Positions 30,750 through 41,695 of a DNA stretch of 50,324 nucleotides are shown here, in pieces. Below the pieces are notes generated by a model that saw only the letters and a program-made list of their open reading frames with translations, was not told the DNA's origin and ran no database searches. The DNA comes from an uncultured virus (IMG/VR IMGVR_UViG_2839031043_000001) (Duplodnaviria > Heunggongvirae > Uroviricota > Caudoviricetes), in IMG/VR virus record IMGVR_UViG_2839031043_000001; one strand, given 5' to 3'. The position numbers and the translations under genes are program-made. The first letter of the stretch is position 1. Each line of letters starts with the position of its first letter.

Positions 30750-32996
30750 TTGGCTATTGATTTTATCACAAAAGAATACGTTGGCAAAGTTGTAGCAGAG
30801 AATCCCAAACCACTAACTGAACTTGGAGAGTTCGTTTATAACAGGACATATTCTCGATGGCTCCCAGATGCTCAAAGACGAGAAATGTGGCATGAAACAG
30901 GAAAACGTGCAGTTAACTATAATATCGGATTAGCATATGACCATCTCAAGGAAATGGGATATGCTCCTAATCTAAAAGAGATGCAAGCTGAAGCACAGCA
31001 ATTATTTAAAAATCAATATGAAACAAAGCAATTTCTCTCAGGACGGACACTTTGGGTTGGTGGAGCTAATGAGATATTAAATAAAAAATTCGTACTTGGG
31101 AACTTCAATTGTAGCTTTATCAATATTTCAAGCTGGGACGATCTAGGCGACTTGTTTTACTTGCTCATGGTAGGTACTGGAGTAGGCTTCAAATGCACTA
31201 AGAATATGGCAAAAGGTCTCAAGAAGATTCGCATTAATACAGAGCTGCTACATTCGGAGTATAAACCAGTTACAGTGCAACAGCGTCTTGAACAAACTCA
31301 ACTGACTCTATTTGAAAATGGATTTGCTAAAATTTATGTAGGAGATTCAAAAGAAGGTTGGGTTGAGGCATTACGTACATACCTACGTTTGCTTACTGAG
31401 CCTAAATATGATCAGGTACATACAATCAAGGTTAGCTACAATTCAGTACGTCCCAAAGGTGAGCGACTTAAAATGTTTGGTGGAACAGCTAGTGGTTATG
31501 AACCACTTAGAGAAATGTTCGAGGGGATTGATAGGGTACTTAAAAACCAAATTGATTCATCACTTGATCCAATTCAATCAGACGAAAAAGGTTATGGTAA
31601 TGTAAGACCAATACATATTCTTGATATCGGAAACCTGATTGGTGCAAATGTCGTAGTGGGAGGTGTACGCAGAACAGCAGAGATCTTTCTACTCGACGCT
31701 GATGATTACGAGTGCATGTTTGCGAAGTATGGTATTAACGGCATTTGGACTGAAGAACAACTGAACCAACATAAAGTCGTTGGAGAATCACTTGAGAAAC
31801 AAGGCATTAAACCAACTTGGTTTGACAGTATTAATAAAATTGGTGATGGTCGCTTTGGACTTGATCACCGAAGAATGTCTAATAATTCAATTGCATTTAC
31901 TAAAAAACCAACAAAAGAATTTCTAAATCTTGTCTTCACAGTAATGAAACTTGAGGGAGAGCCGGGATTCATTAATCTAGAGGAAGCCAATCGACGTAGA
32001 CCTAATGCAGAAGGCTTGAATCCCTGCGCTGAGATATTGTTAGACTCTTACGGTGTATGCAATCTTACAACGGTTAATCTTGTGCAATTTGTAAATGAAA
32101 CAGATCAAGTGTATGTACTTGATTTGGATGAACTTGTCAAAGCTCAAAAACTGTCTGCAAGAGCAGGACTTCGAATGACACTTGCTACACTTGAATTGCC
32201 GCATTGGGATAAAATTCAGCAGCGTGATCGATTACTTGGTACGTCTCTTACAGGTGTAAAAGATGCAATTGCTAAACTGAATTACAGTGATGAGCAAGAA
32301 AAAGAGTTGATGGAATTACTTGGGACTGTTGCACGAAATGAGGCAGACAAGTATGCAAAAGAGCTTCGAGTAAATTCACCACTTCTTGTGACTACCGTTA
32401 AACCAGAAGGAACATTGTCTCAAGTAGCAGGTGGTGTATCTAGTGGTTTGCACTGGTCTCATAGTCCTTACTACATTAGACGTATTCGAATTAATTCAAC
32501 AGATCCATTGGTTAAAGTAGCTCAACAACTTGGATGGAATGTTAATCCTGAAGTTGGAACTCAGGGAGAAACACACGAGGAAAGAATGCAAAATGCAAGA
32601 ACACTTGTAATTGATTTCCCAATTGCATCAGGAGCAAAGGAAACAAAAGATGATGTCTCAGTTGAACGTCAATTTGATACTTACTTCCGTTTCCAAGATA
32701 ACTACACAGAGCATAACTCATCTAACACTATTACCGTTCGTCCGAATGAATGGGATAAGTGTGAAAGTATCGTATGGGATAATTGGGACAATTTTGTTGG
32801 AGTATCATTCTTGCAGCTTGACGGTGGGACTTATCAATTGGCTCCATATGAAGCTATTTCCAAAGAAGAGTATGAAGAAATGAAATCAAAAATGAAGCCG
32901 TTTGATGTTGCTTTGCTGCATACCTTAGAAAAAGCTGAAACAGAGGCAGAATTGATCGCAGATGAATGCTCAACAGGCGCATGCCCAATTCGTTAA
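30750..32996 (+). CDS. nrdJ: Adenosylcobalamin-dependent (class II) ribonucleoside-triphosphate reductase
   Basis: YNRTYSR, FNCSF, GGVRRTA, NPCAEI, CNL, KPEGT, C-terminal CSTGACPIR; no beta-subunit gene nearby. Confidence 0.93.
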   Translation: MAIDFITKEYVGKVVAENPKPLTELGEFVYNRTYSRWLPDAQRREMWHETGKRAVNYNIGLAYDHLKEMGYAPNLKEMQAEAQQLFKNQYETKQFLSGRTLWVGGANEILNKKFVLGNFNCSFINISSWDDLGDLFYLLMVGTGVGFKCTKNMAKGLKKIRINTELLHSEYKPVTVQQRLEQTQLTLFENGFAKIYVGDSKEGWVEALRTYLRLLTEPKYDQVHTIKVSYNSVRPKGERLKMFGGTASGYEPLREMFEGIDRVLKNQIDSSLDPIQSDEKGYGNVRPIHILDIGNLIGANVVVGGVRRTAEIFLLDADDYECMFAKYGINGIWTEEQLNQHKVVGESLEKQGIKPTWFDSINKIGDGRFGLDHRRMSNNSIAFTKKPTKEFLNLVFTVMKLEGEPGFINLEEANRRRPNAEGLNPCAEILLDSYGVCNLTTVNLVQFVNETDQVYVLDLDELVKAQKLSARAGLRMTLATLELPHWDKIQQRDRLLGTSLTGVKDAIAKLNYSDEQEKELMELLGTVARNEADKYAKELRVNSPLLVTTVKPEGTLSQVAGGVSSGLHWSHSPYYIRRIRINSTDPLVKVAQQLGWNVNPEVGTQGETHEERMQNARTLVIDFPIASGAKETKDDVSVERQFDTYFRFQDNYTEHNSSNTITVRPNEWDKCESIVWDNWDNFVGVSFLQLDGGTYQLAPYEAISKEEYEEMKSKMKPFDVALLHTLEKAETEAELIADECSTGACPIR

Positions 32997-33174
32997 GATA
33001 TGATAATGCCAACTTTTATTAAAATGGTATCAATTATTAAAACCAAAGATAAAGTGCTATCTAACTTTAGCAACAACGATCTTTTGGAGTTAAACTGCAT
33101 GATTGAATACTTCGATGATGAGACAAAAGAAGAGTGGTATCAATCAATAAATAAGATAATGAATGGAGATAAGA

Positions 33175-33612
33175 ATGAAAATTAAAGTTAAATATTTTGA
33201 TAAAGAGTTGCCACGTATTGAAAAAATCTCCAAAGGAGATTGGATTGATCTTCGAGTAGCAGCAACGACAACATTGAAAAAAGGTGAATTCAAGGCAATT
33301 CCACTTGGTATTGCAATGGAACTACCAGAGGGGTATGAGGCACATGTAGTGCCTCGTTCCTCAACCTTTAAGCATTTCGGTGTAATTCAAACAAATGGGA
33401 AGGGCATTATTGATAACGTATATTGCGGAGACGATGATCAGTGGTTTTTTCCTGCGTATGCCCTAAGAGATACACTTATCACAAAAGGAGATCGTATCTG
33501 CCAGTTCCGTATTCTAGAAAAAATGCCTGAAGTAGAATTTGAAGAAGTGGATGTACTTGGAAATGNNNNNNNNNNAAATAGAGGAGGACATGGCTCTACT
33601 GGTACAAATTGA
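33175..33612 (+). CDS. dut: Trimeric dUTPase
   Basis: [30 protein letters not shown]. Confidence 0.95.
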   Translation: MKIKVKYFDKELPRIEKISKGDWIDLRVAATTTLKKGEFKAIPLGIAMELPEGYEAHVVPRSSTFKHFGVIQTNGKGIIDNVYCGDDDQWFFPAYALRDTLITKGDRICQFRILEKMPEVEFEEVDVLGNXXXXNRGGHGSTGTN

Positions 33613-33618
33613 GCAAAC

Positions 33619-33666
33619 ATACTACATACAGATTAAAAATTGAAATAAATATCTACATATAGTTGT
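33619..33666. promoter_or_regulatory. Possible tandem NrdR boxes
   Basis: CTACATACAGA (33622) and CTACATATAGT (33653), 31 bp apart, resembling CwAtATaTwGt. Confidence 0.4.
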
Positions 33667-33721
33667 AGAAATCCAATGAAAGATGTCTTTAATTAGAAAA
33701 GTATAAAGGGGTAATTGAGAA

Positions 33722-34144
33722 ATGAAAAATAAAGTACATGAAAAAATTTACACACCAGATAGAATCGTTTTAAATTTATTCTATGCTTGCGATGAGATTA
33801 AATCTCTTTTAAAGCAAAGACTCTATGAGTGCTTAGGCAAACAAGCGAAACAATTTACTTTAATTGATGTTCAAAATATTAGAGGCATAGGTAAAACAAC
33901 AGCATTGATAGAATTTGCTAAAGAAAATGATTTCTATGTTGTTGTAGCAAATCATCAAACTGCAAATCTATTAAAGAAAAAATTTAATTATGATAAAATC
34001 ATTGCTCAAAGAGAGGTACGTAGTGGTCGTAATCTCAAATATGTTGTGGACGAAGACGTTGTTATTGATGATTTAATTGATAAAAATATAAATATANNNN
34101 NNNNNNTGGCAGGTTTTGTTTCAAATTATAAACTAATTTTTTAA
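33722..34144 (+). CDS. Small P-loop protein
   Basis: RGIGKTT Walker A, YVVDE Walker B-like. Confidence 0.55.
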   Translation: MKNKVHEKIYTPDRIVLNLFYACDEIKSLLKQRLYECLGKQAKQFTLIDVQNIRGIGKTTALIEFAKENDFYVVVANHQTANLLKKKFNYDKIIAQREVRSGRNLKYVVDEDVVIDDLIDKNINIXXXXAGFVSNYKLIF

Positions 34145-34238
34145 TATTTTATTAATTGTGGATTGAATCGTACTAAGGAGGGGGCAATCCCCCCTTCCGA
34201 TAAAACAGAGATTTTATGGAGAAAGGAGGTGAAGAAAG

Positions 34239-35189
34239 ATGTTCAAAACAAATATATTAAAAAAAGGAAGCGATAAAGTGAAGAGTAATACAGAAAAAAT
34301 TATTCATTATGGATGTTGGGAAATTGATGGGAAAGAAAAATCTGAAGTTGATTGTTTTGTAACTGATACAGGGCGAAGACTAGTTTCATTAAGAGGGGCT
34401 TCAAGGATAATGGGATTGGTTGGTGGTGGCTCAAAAGCGGTAGTGCGTAATCTAACTGCAAATTATATGCAACAATACCTATCTGAACCTTTAAAAAATT
34501 GGCTGCAATCTGTATTGGATAAAACAATTACAAAATTAAAAACACCAAAAGGAAAAGAAATTGTTCCTTTTGATGGAGAATTGTTTGTAGATGTCTGTAG
34601 TGCATACATAAATGCTCAAAAGGATGGAGTGTTTAAGCGTGTGAATGGAAATCAAAATGAGATTGCTAATAATTTGTCGCATATTGTATCCGCATTTGCC
34701 AAAACAGGTATTGTTGCCTTGATTGATGAAGTGACTGGTTATCAAGGGGCGAGGGAAAAGGACGAACTCCAAAAAATTCTTGCTAAATACATAAGAGAAG
34801 AATATCTACCTTGGACTTCAAGATTTCCTGAAGAATTTTATACTGAGATGTTTAGGCTGAAACGATGGGAATACAAAGGGAAGAAAAAGCCGCCATTGGT
34901 TGGAAAAATCACCAATAAACTTGTATATGAAGCTCTCCCAGACAATGTATTGAAACGACTTCAAGAATTGAATCCTGTATTGTCAAAAGGCTATAGAAAG
35001 TACAGACATCATCAATTCTTAACAGAAGATTTTGGTGTTATACATTTGGATAAGCATTTGGTCAAACTCGTTACATTGATGCAAATCTCAGATAGTTGGG
35101 AAGAGTTTGAGTCACGCTTTACAAGGCTTTTTTACAAAGAAATTAATGGTCCCAAAGATGATGGAAATACGGGTGAAATCGCTTGTTAA
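34239..35189 (+). CDS. P63C-domain protein (phage antirepressor-like)
   Basis: ALIDEVTGYQ..R..DELQKIL..YI..E..PW..RFP..FY..FRL..W; HHQFLT. Confidence 0.85.
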   Translation: MFKTNILKKGSDKVKSNTEKIIHYGCWEIDGKEKSEVDCFVTDTGRRLVSLRGASRIMGLVGGGSKAVVRNLTANYMQQYLSEPLKNWLQSVLDKTITKLKTPKGKEIVPFDGELFVDVCSAYINAQKDGVFKRVNGNQNEIANNLSHIVSAFAKTGIVALIDEVTGYQGAREKDELQKILAKYIREEYLPWTSRFPEEFYTEMFRLKRWEYKGKKKPPLVGKITNKLVYEALPDNVLKRLQELNPVLSKGYRKYRHHQFLTEDFGVIHLDKHLVKLVTLMQISDSWEEFESRFTRLFYKEINGPKDDGNTGEIAC

Positions 35190-35212
35190 GCCCGTATTTC
35201 CGGGCTTTTTTT
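35188..35212 (+). terminator. Intrinsic terminator after P63C gene
   Basis: AAGCCCG-TATTTC-CGGGCTT-TTTTT. Confidence 0.75.
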
Positions 35213-35272
35213 GAGGTCCAAATGATTTATATCAAACACTGATTTCATTCAATTAATAGGGAGGAAACACAC

Positions 35273-36325
35273 ATTAAATCAAACATCTTTATTCCTGAAA
35301 AGTTAAAGGTAGGATTCCGAGAAAGAGGCGATACATATACAGGTAAACTGGCTTATGTAATTTGCTATGATCAAAAAGGGAAGCTTCGCAAGGAAAAGTC
35401 TTGGCAAGGTTGGCGAGATAATAAAATTCAGGATCTGGACTTTGAAAATGAACCAACTTCAGGTTTTGTTTTAAATAAAAAAATTGGTGGACACAGTTCA
35501 GGTTGGAATCATAGGCAAACATATGTAAGAGTGTATGACCCACGAGATTTCGAATTCGAAATCAGTGTGCCCAATCTTTTATACATACTAGAAAATACCA
35601 ACTCAATCAAAGGTAAAGGCTTAGAAGGTGATTTCGTTTATGGTTGGGATGGTACTGAACTAGTACTTATCCCAACAAGTTCACCTGATTATGCTGATAT
35701 TTCAGAACTTAATAAGTTAAGACATGAAAAGCCTAAATTTATTGGAAAAGAATTGATTATAGGTGCAACATATAAATCTAATGACAATGTAAACTTGATT
35801 TATTTAGGCAGATTTTATGAAGCAAATGGTGAAAATAAAGAGTCTAAAGCGTACTTCTTTTACAACACAAGTGGCAAATACTCAAAAATACAACACTACA
35901 AATCTCTAACTAGCAATATCTTAGATATTGTGGATGATAAATGTGTGGATAATTATTCTAATTTAATTGACGAATTAAAAAAATCGAGGTATTACTCGGA
36001 AAGAGATCCCAATAAGGATGAGTACGTTAATTACACTTTGGACGAGTTTAAAAATGGGTTTAGCTCTTCATATTATGGCGATCCATTTTATACAGATGAG
36101 GGTGAAAAATTATTCGTTTCCAAGCATCGTAATTATGGTTGGCACAATAACTATAATGATAAGTATGACGTTTATGACAGTTATAGAAATAGGAAAAATG
36201 AACAAATTTTAACCAAGATGACTTTAGAGACGATTTTTACAAAATACAAACCAAAATACTTAATAACATATAAATCAAATGGTGAATTAATTAAAAAATG
36301 GAGGAATATAAATGACAAAAAATAA
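35273..36325 (+). CDS. Phage hypothetical protein (~350 aa), ATT start
   Basis: Frame open from ATT 35273 behind AGGGAGG, adding 86 codons (KSNIFIPEKLKVGFRERGDTYTGKLAYV...). Confidence 0.7.
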   Translation: MKSNIFIPEKLKVGFRERGDTYTGKLAYVICYDQKGKLRKEKSWQGWRDNKIQDLDFENEPTSGFVLNKKIGGHSSGWNHRQTYVRVYDPRDFEFEISVPNLLYILENTNSIKGKGLEGDFVYGWDGTELVLIPTSSPDYADISELNKLRHEKPKFIGKELIIGATYKSNDNVNLIYLGRFYEANGENKESKAYFFYNTSGKYSKIQHYKSLTSNILDIVDDKCVDNYSNLIDELKKSRYYSERDPNKDEYVNYTLDEFKNGFSSSYYGDPFYTDEGEKLFVSKHRNYGWHNNYNDKYDVYDSYRNRKNEQILTKMTLETIFTKYKPKYLITYKSNGELIKKWRNINDKK

Positions 36326-36725
36326 CGATCAAAAAATTTTGGAACTTAAAAAGCAAATTGAAGATAAGAAACAAAAACTTAGCAAGTCAAAGAAGTTTAG
36401 TCCAGTAACGAACTGCTCTATTGAGATTGATGGTGTTCGACACAACATTCAAGTTCTAGGGAAAGATGTTGCACAATCATTACTAATTAAACTCAACTCT
36501 TACGCTTTATCTGCAAAAGATTTGGGGATTCTGGATGATTATTATATTTGTGGTTACAAGTTAAAGGAATGGATTGAAGACTTAAAAGGACGTTATAATC
36601 ACATCACTCGAAAAGAAGAGGAGCAAAAACTCAAAGCAATGGAAAATAAATTAGATCATCTTCTTTCAAATGAGAAGAGAGTTGAACTGGAGATTGGAGA
36701 AATTGCAGAGATGTTAAAAGATTAA
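36312..36725 (+). CDS. Coiled-coil hypothetical protein
   Basis: GGAGG RBS, overlaps previous gene. Confidence 0.6.
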   Translation: MTKNNDQKILELKKQIEDKKQKLSKSKKFSPVTNCSIEIDGVRHNIQVLGKDVAQSLLIKLNSYALSAKDLGILDDYYICGYKLKEWIEDLKGRYNHITRKEEEQKLKAMENKLDHLLSNEKRVELEIGEIAEMLKD

Positions 36726-36752
36726 TCAAATAAAAATTGTATTTTATGAGGA

Positions 36753-36986
36753 GTGTTGAAAATGTATGTATATCAAGTACATGAAGGGTCTTATGATCTG
36801 TATTATGAGCAATTACTGACTCATAACCTTAAATTCACCCAAGAAGAATTTGAAAGTATGTGTTTGGAAATTGTAAGCAAGCCTGAAAACGTAGGGGTAG
36901 TTGAATTAGTAGAAAAATTAATTGAAGATTATGGATTCAAGGAGTACGAGCACGAATATCAAGCTGATTATTACATTAGAGGTTAA
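36753..36986 (+). CDS. Acidic hypothetical cassette protein
   Basis: Bounded by palindromes at 36730 and 36994. Confidence 0.55.
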   Translation: MLKMYVYQVHEGSYDLYYEQLLTHNLKFTQEEFESMCLEIVSKPENVGVVELVEKLIEDYGFKEYEHEYQADYYIRG

Positions 36987-37041
36987 GAAAAAGATAAAAG
37001 CAGAATTTGATTAGATATTGCATTACAAAGGGGAGATTAAT

Positions 37042-37737
37042 ATGAAAATTAACGTATTGGATAAAGGGTATGTGCGTCTTGTAAATGTAATGGGCAGTGA
37101 CTTAACTGTAGTCAATTCAGCTCGTGTAAGTTATGCTAAAGAATCTAGCGAACTTACAGAAAAAGATAAGAGCCTGATTAGATTTCTTGCACGAGAAGGG
37201 CATACATCGCCATTTAGACACGCTACATTGCAATTTGAAGTTTATGCCCCTTTAATGATTGCAAGACAATGGTGGAAGTATGTAGTCGGTAGTGACCATA
37301 CAATGGATGCGTGGAATGAAGCAAGTCGAAGATACATCACACTTGAACTGGAAAACTATATTCCCAAAACAAATGAATGGAGAAGTAAACCTGCGAATTC
37401 TAAACAGGGAAGTGGTGTTCCTTTAAGTGTATCATTGGGTAGCGAACTAACTGAACGTCTAATGAAACAGATTCAGCAAGGAGTCGAAGATTACGAATTT
37501 GCACTTGAACAAGGTGTCGCAGCGGAACAAGCACGACTTTTGATACCATCTGCTTATGGAATGTATACAGCATGGTATTGGACAGGCAGCTTACAATCGG
37601 TCGCTCATTTGATCAACCAACGTGTAGCAAGTGATTCACAGTATGAATTCCAACAATTTGCTAAAGCAATTTACGAACTGACAAAAGAACATTTTCCTGT
37701 ATCAATCGAAGAGTTGATGAGTCAAAATAATAACTAA
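37042..37737 (+). CDS. thyX: Flavin-dependent thymidylate synthase
   Basis: ARVSY, GHTSPFRH, ARQWWKY..NEASRRY, EQARL, QYE. Confidence 0.93.
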   Translation: MKINVLDKGYVRLVNVMGSDLTVVNSARVSYAKESSELTEKDKSLIRFLAREGHTSPFRHATLQFEVYAPLMIARQWWKYVVGSDHTMDAWNEASRRYITLELENYIPKTNEWRSKPANSKQGSGVPLSVSLGSELTERLMKQIQQGVEDYEFALEQGVAAEQARLLIPSAYGMYTAWYWTGSLQSVAHLINQRVASDSQYEFQQFAKAIYELTKEHFPVSIEELMSQNNN

Positions 37738-37756
37738 AAAAATACGATAAAACTTC

Positions 37757-37785
37757 TTGTAATAACTTAAAATATATAATACAAT
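37757..37785 (+). promoter_or_regulatory. Sigma-A promoter abutting thyX terminator
   Basis: TTGTAA-17 bp-TACAAT. Confidence 0.55.
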
Positions 37786-37820
37786 GATCCTAACAAGGTA
37801 AAACTTGTTAGGATCTTTTT
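37786..37820 (+). terminator. Intrinsic terminator after thyX
   Basis: GATCCTAACAAG-GTAAAA-CTTGTTAGGATC-TTTTT. Confidence 0.8.
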
Positions 37821-37838
37821 GATATGTAAGGAGCAGAC

Positions 37839-40368
37839 ATGAATACACAAGCGTACGCAGTCAGACACTTAAGAGACTTACCAAATAAAGCTCAGGAAGG
37901 TGATGTTTACTACGTTGACGAGAGCAAAGAGTATTTTACTAAACCTGTTTGTTATCAATGGACAAGTGGGGCGTGGCACATCAAATACATAATGAATGAG
38001 GTGGTTTGAGGTGTGTAAGGCAAGTGAGGTGTCAAACAAAATTGTTGAGTTATTAGAAGATGCTATTGGTATTAGACAGAGTTTGGTGAGTCAGTTGTCT
38101 GATTTGGACAGGAAATTGTCAGATGCTTATCATGATTTAGAATTTGTTGAAATGAACGCATACCAAGGATACAAAATCGCAAAATACATACAAAGCATTG
38201 TGCAAGAACGAAGAGCAATTAAGAAAGAACTTCATTCGCTTAATAGTTTTGTTGACTCCATTACTGCAAGTGGATTGAAACAAAAGTTTGAGACTTATGC
38301 ACAGAAGGCTGATAAGTTACATAAGAGTTATGCGAAACCTAAACCTAGAGGATCATTTAAGCATATAAGTTGACAAATGATACATTAAAAGGAGGAACTG
38401 AAGTGGACAAGTTACCTTATACAAAAGATTTCCCAGTACGCAAGGTCACTACAGATGAATGGGAGATTAAAGTTTATGACATATATGTAATGATGGATCG
38501 CAAGGGATTTGAAGAGTTGTTAAGACGAGGAAGGTTTTATGGTTTGTATTCGAAGGTGATAGGAGAGGAGTAGTGAAACCCAGTAAAGCATCAATTTGAT
38601 TAGAAAGCGAGGAAATTAAGTGAACGTTCCATTGTCGGTGGTTAAAGCAAATAAAACAGATCAGTATGTCCATCTAAAAAACGAACTTGAAAAAGCAAGT
38701 GTGGTGAGGCGCGAAAGTTACAAGAAAATGGATAGCACCAGAGATGAAATCAAGAACATTTTTGCGCCGAAAGGACATAGAGATCCTTTGTTTAGAAGTA
38801 AACGATACGTTGAGTACAACCATTGGACTGAAGCATTAAAAATTGCGGAATTGGCTAATTTACTTGTTGAAGCAACTGGATTATACATAGAGGCAGATTA
38901 TAAATGCGATGATATTCAAAGTAAAATTATTCAAATGGAGAGAATGTAATAAAGTATCAGTTTGAAGTGGAAAGGATAATGAGAGTGGAGTATCGAGAAC
39001 CAGTTAGAGGATTGAGAATTTATGTCCCAACATCGTTATCTATTGGTCATGGACAAGACGATGTTAGAGGAGGTTTAGCAACAATTGAACGTATCATGCT
39101 GAAAGAGTGCGAAAATGAATACAATACTGTATTTTGCACAGTAAAAGAAGTGAGAGGTAAGTCATATAACTGGAGATACCTGTTAAGCAATCAAGATAAA
39201 TGGGCTATTAAATATGACAAGCAAATTGCAAGAAATGATCCTGATTATTACGACTACGGTTCATACTAAAAATCCGTTCAAAGATTGAATTCATTCAAAA
39301 AAGGAGAGGATACATTGTTCAAGCAATACCTAACATTCATCTATTTTAACAGAGACTTTTACTATCCGAATTTCATTCAAATGCTATCTGCCAGTCTGTT
39401 GATTATCCTATTTACCAAACTGATTAATCACCCATTATTTGAAGAGATAGTAATTATTTTCTCTGGATTGTTTCCATCGGCAGTTATTGCAACCACATAT
39501 ATCCACTGGGTTTATGAACACGGAAGGAAAGGAAGCTAAAATAATGAAACTAACTGAAATTAGAGCAGAATACCTTAAACTTAGAAAAGCTGCAAAGCAA
39601 TACATAAGTAAGCAATTTACGATGGATGGATCAGTAATTGGACTATCAGGCGAATACTTTTTTAAGATTGATGAAGTAGATATTGTAGATGATGTTGCTC
39701 AAGTTTATTATTATTCACCTGAAGTGGGATTTGAGGATGAAAGTCCTTGGGTGTTGGAATTTATCCCATTCAAAGTGTTAGAAGAAAATGCAAGATGGAA
39801 TGAGGCTAAAGAAAATGTGGTGGGAATGTCCCAAGTGTAAAAGTAAAGTTGATTGTCATAATCAAATGGAAGAAGTATTTGATTATGACAACAAGGAAGC
39901 AGATTTCAATCCAGAGTCAGGTCTGATCTTGCATACAATATCTTGTGATTGTGGAGTAGACTGGTTTGTGTCTATCAGTAAGATGTCAACTGAAAGAATG
40001 GAGCACATGGCTGAAACGGAAATCAAATAAAATTATCATTTCATGAGAAAGGAGATGTAGAATTGAGTTCTTTGTGGAATGAATTTTTCAGCGGTGCAAA
40101 TGTTCCTAAACTAAAAGCGAAAGCATATGAACTAAAAGCAGAAATGGATTTAATTCAAGGTTTCTTTTCATGGTTTCAAAAGGCTTCAGCGAAATCAAAG
40201 TTAGTTCAGATTCTTGATGAAATAGACTATCAAGAAGGAAGGAAACAATTTGCTAACAGACCCTATAGCAAGCCAAGTGCAAGTATTAAGCGAAAGAGAT
40301 GCACAAATGACAATGAATGTCAGTGTGGGTGCTGGGCAATTAAACGTAAAGAGCACTTCAAACTCTAG
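37839..40368 (+). other. Run of small hypothetical ORFs (37839-38009, 37996-38373, 38370-38573, 38620-38949, 38967-39269, 39285-39539, 39544-39840, 39815-40030, 40063-40368)
   Basis: Consecutive RBS-preceded ORFs; palindromes at 40027, 40369 and degenerate ones at 38583, 38949. Confidence 0.55.
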
Positions 40369-40477
40369 ATAAAAGTCCTATTTGATTCGATATTGACATA
40401 CATAGAGCAAATAAATTATTATATGACATCGCTATTTTAAGAGTGTTCAGAAATGAGTTATAGTTTCATCAGTACAG

Positions 40478-40506
40478 TTGACTACCAAACATCTCCATCG
40501 TATAAT
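40478..40506 (+). promoter_or_regulatory. Near-consensus sigma-A promoter
   Basis: TTGACT-17 bp-TATAAT. Confidence 0.75.
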
Positions 40507-40534
40507 GTTCTTAGAAATCTAAGATCGTTGAAAG

Positions 40535-41161
40535 TTGGAGGATATGATGACAAGGAAATACACTGCATCAGAAGTAATAAGAATTGTAGCACTAAAAATT
40601 CTTGCTCAACATCCTCATGGATTATCATTTAGCACATTAAAATCATTTACAGAGCAAGAATTAGAAAAGTACATTGAACCTGATGATTACAATAAGGGCA
40701 AGTATAGATCGGCACTATGGAACCTAGACAAGGTTAAGCAAGGATATGTAATTCGAACAGATGCAGAAGGCGATAAGAGGTTTCACCCTACAATGACACT
40801 ATTAGCAGAAGTTAATGATTTACAATTGCCTGATATGGAAGAGTTCATTAGGATTCAAAGAGAGAAAGAGGTTATTAAAACTTCAAGAGTTATTAGAGAG
40901 ACAAGTACAGGGTACGAAGATAGGGTTAGAGAGCACAATTATAGAAATATGCAACCATGGCAGAAAATCTCTCATATACGCTCAATCTTAGAAAAGGTTA
41001 ACGATTACATCGATGAGAAACAACTAAGTAGATTTATAAATAGGATAATTCTTGATCCTTCAGGACTATCTCATGAGGAAATCGAAGCAGTTTACAGGCT
41101 GAAATTTTGCTTGGATATACTTAATGAGCACAAAACCACAATATTTCGCAATAAATTTTAA
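40535..41161 (+). CDS. Hypothetical moron protein, possible N-terminal winged helix
   Basis: Own strong promoter; HPHGLSFSTL...YRSALWNL helix pattern. Confidence 0.55.
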   Translation: MEDMMTRKYTASEVIRIVALKILAQHPHGLSFSTLKSFTEQELEKYIEPDDYNKGKYRSALWNLDKVKQGYVIRTDAEGDKRFHPTMTLLAEVNDLQLPDMEEFIRIQREKEVIKTSRVIRETSTGYEDRVREHNYRNMQPWQKISHIRSILEKVNDYIDEKQLSRFINRIILDPSGLSHEEIEAVYRLKFCLDILNEHKTTIFRNKF

Positions 41162-41229
41162 GGAGGTGTTTTGTCATGTGAATCAAATCGCACCACCCAA
41201 AACACACCACAAAAATAGGGGGTCTAATA

Positions 41230-41508
41230 ATGGAAACCGAGGTCACTCATCTGTATCTTTGCTACTTTAATGATTCTGGCGATTTGTGCGAGTCTGAAAT
41301 TACTGACGATGAAGATTATGCTCTTACCCTAGATCCAAATCCAACTGTGCCAACAATTGACGATCTTAAACAACATAGAACAGCCACAGGGGAAGTTTTC
41401 CAAGGTATCCTAAATACATATGAAGGTTTGGTAATGTGGATTTATAACGAGGATGAACCTGAACATTCAAGCTATGTCCTTATAAAAGAAAAAGGGCTTG
41501 CTGCATAG
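41230..41508 (+). CDS. Acidic hypothetical protein
   Basis: GGGGG RBS; D/E rich. Confidence 0.55.
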   Translation: METEVTHLYLCYFNDSGDLCESEITDDEDYALTLDPNPTVPTIDDLKQHRTATGEVFQGILNTYEGLVMWIYNEDEPEHSSYVLIKEKGLAA

Positions 41509-41525
41509 AGCAAACCAATGTTTAG

Positions 41526-41665
41526 GGTGTTTTGTACCTTGGAGAGTACAAAAGGATAGGCAGGATTCGCGGTCTTGCCTATCTGCTACAAATTATAGTC
41601 GTTGTTTATAAACACTGTCAAACAATCTTATTGACTAATGGCAGTGTAAAAAATCAATATGCAAC
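41526..41665 (+). ncRNA. Candidate structured RNA / leader upstream of HNH-TK
   Basis: Three hairpins with G-U pairs: 41530-41553, 41555-41583, 41612-41647. Confidence 0.35.
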
Positions 41666-41695
41666 ATAAAAATAATAAGGAGTTAATAATAAGAC

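Noticed and set aside
9080..34106. Seven short N runs (about 9080, 9699, 19201, 24522, 29820, 33566, 34097) as hypervariable or DGR-like sites
   Set aside because: In coding regions each 10-N run behaves like one ambiguous base padded to 10 (frame kept, e.g. dUTPase GNxNRGG); no RT or template repeat seen; most likely assembly artefacts
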